The notes beneath the pieces are model-generated. The model made no database searches, was not told the origin of the DNA, and saw only the letters and a list, made by a program, of their open reading frames with translations. A DNA stretch of 63,665 bases, the filler included, from Octopus bimaculoides (Eukaryota): assembly GCF_001194135.2 (NCBI RefSeq). It is 3 parts of 2 records of this genome, joined end to end, with 100 filler letters (N's around TTAATTAATTAA, not from the genome) between each part and the next. Parts side by side here need not be neighbours in the genome. Positions count along the whole stretch, not along the records: positions 35,178 to 63,665 come from NC_068986.1; 2 more parts are not named here. One strand, given 5' to 3'. This document shows positions 63,101-63,665 of the stretch, piece after piece. Made by a program: the position numbers and the translations under genes. The stretch's first letter is position 1; the number at the start of each line of letters is the position of its first letter.

Positions 63101-63665
63101 AAGCTACATATGTTTCCTAACTAGCAGAACCTCAGAAGTAACAATTACTCAACAAGGGATCCTCCACTAGCTATTCATTAGACAATTGACCACTTTCATA
63201 TCTTCTTCATACATATGTTTTCCTATTTTGTTCTCTCACTCTGTGCTTTATCATTCATTTTTGATAAAATCTCCTATGAGTTAATTTGGGATCCCTTGAT
63301 GACAATGTAACCTTCATTTAACTAAGGTATCTTTGGCCTGATGAGTAGCTACTGGAGTACCCTTCATTGACTAATTATTACTTCCGTGCTTCTGCTAGTT
63401 AGGTAACATATGTAGCCTGGATTTTATCTGCTCCATTCACTCAATTTGGATTTTTGTTCACATACATAGCAACCCTAGTTGCTTACTGTGAAATATAGAA
63501 TAATTTTTTTCAGCTTATTGTACTTTGATATGGGAAAAACTTACAACCTTCTACACTATTAAACTACTGTTGTTCCTGAAAGTTGTTTTTTATACCTACT
63601 GCTTGAAGCTTACTAACTTCCAAAACCTAGATCTTTAGATCTTACATTTACATTATATATATATA

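Noticed and set aside
63335-63365. CTGATGAGTAGCTAC hammerhead-like start
   Set aside because: No GAAA box follows the hairpin.

Overview
AT-rich, non-coding-looking animal DNA from a draft assembly: many N gaps, almost all flanked by microsatellites, plus two artificial 100-bp joins (44 N + TTAATTAATTAA + 44 N, at 27157 and 35078). Repeat content and microsatellite load resemble a cephalopod (octopus-type) genome; this is pattern recognition, not verified. I cannot support any intact host gene, and most long ORFs in the supplied track are N-run or microsatellite artefacts. The window is a mosaic of decayed transposons: R4/Dong-type RLE LINEs, Tx1/L1, RTE and CR1-group LINEs, several Penelope-like elements (PLEs), an internally deleted Gypsy element, Tc1/mariner and Helitron fragments, MITE/foldback elements and many tRNA-derived SINEs. 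Most notable: (1) type I hammerhead ribozyme folds with long stem II in PLE termini, including an inverted pair with one intact and one mutated core; (2) two apparent LINE-SINE 3'-tail partnerships visible inside the window (CR1-group and Tx1/L1); (3) modular SINE tail swapping; (4) stacked R4 insertions in (TAA)n; (5) an apparent switch in CpG decay at the second join. Repeat boundaries are approximate (tens of bp) unless a motif is quoted.
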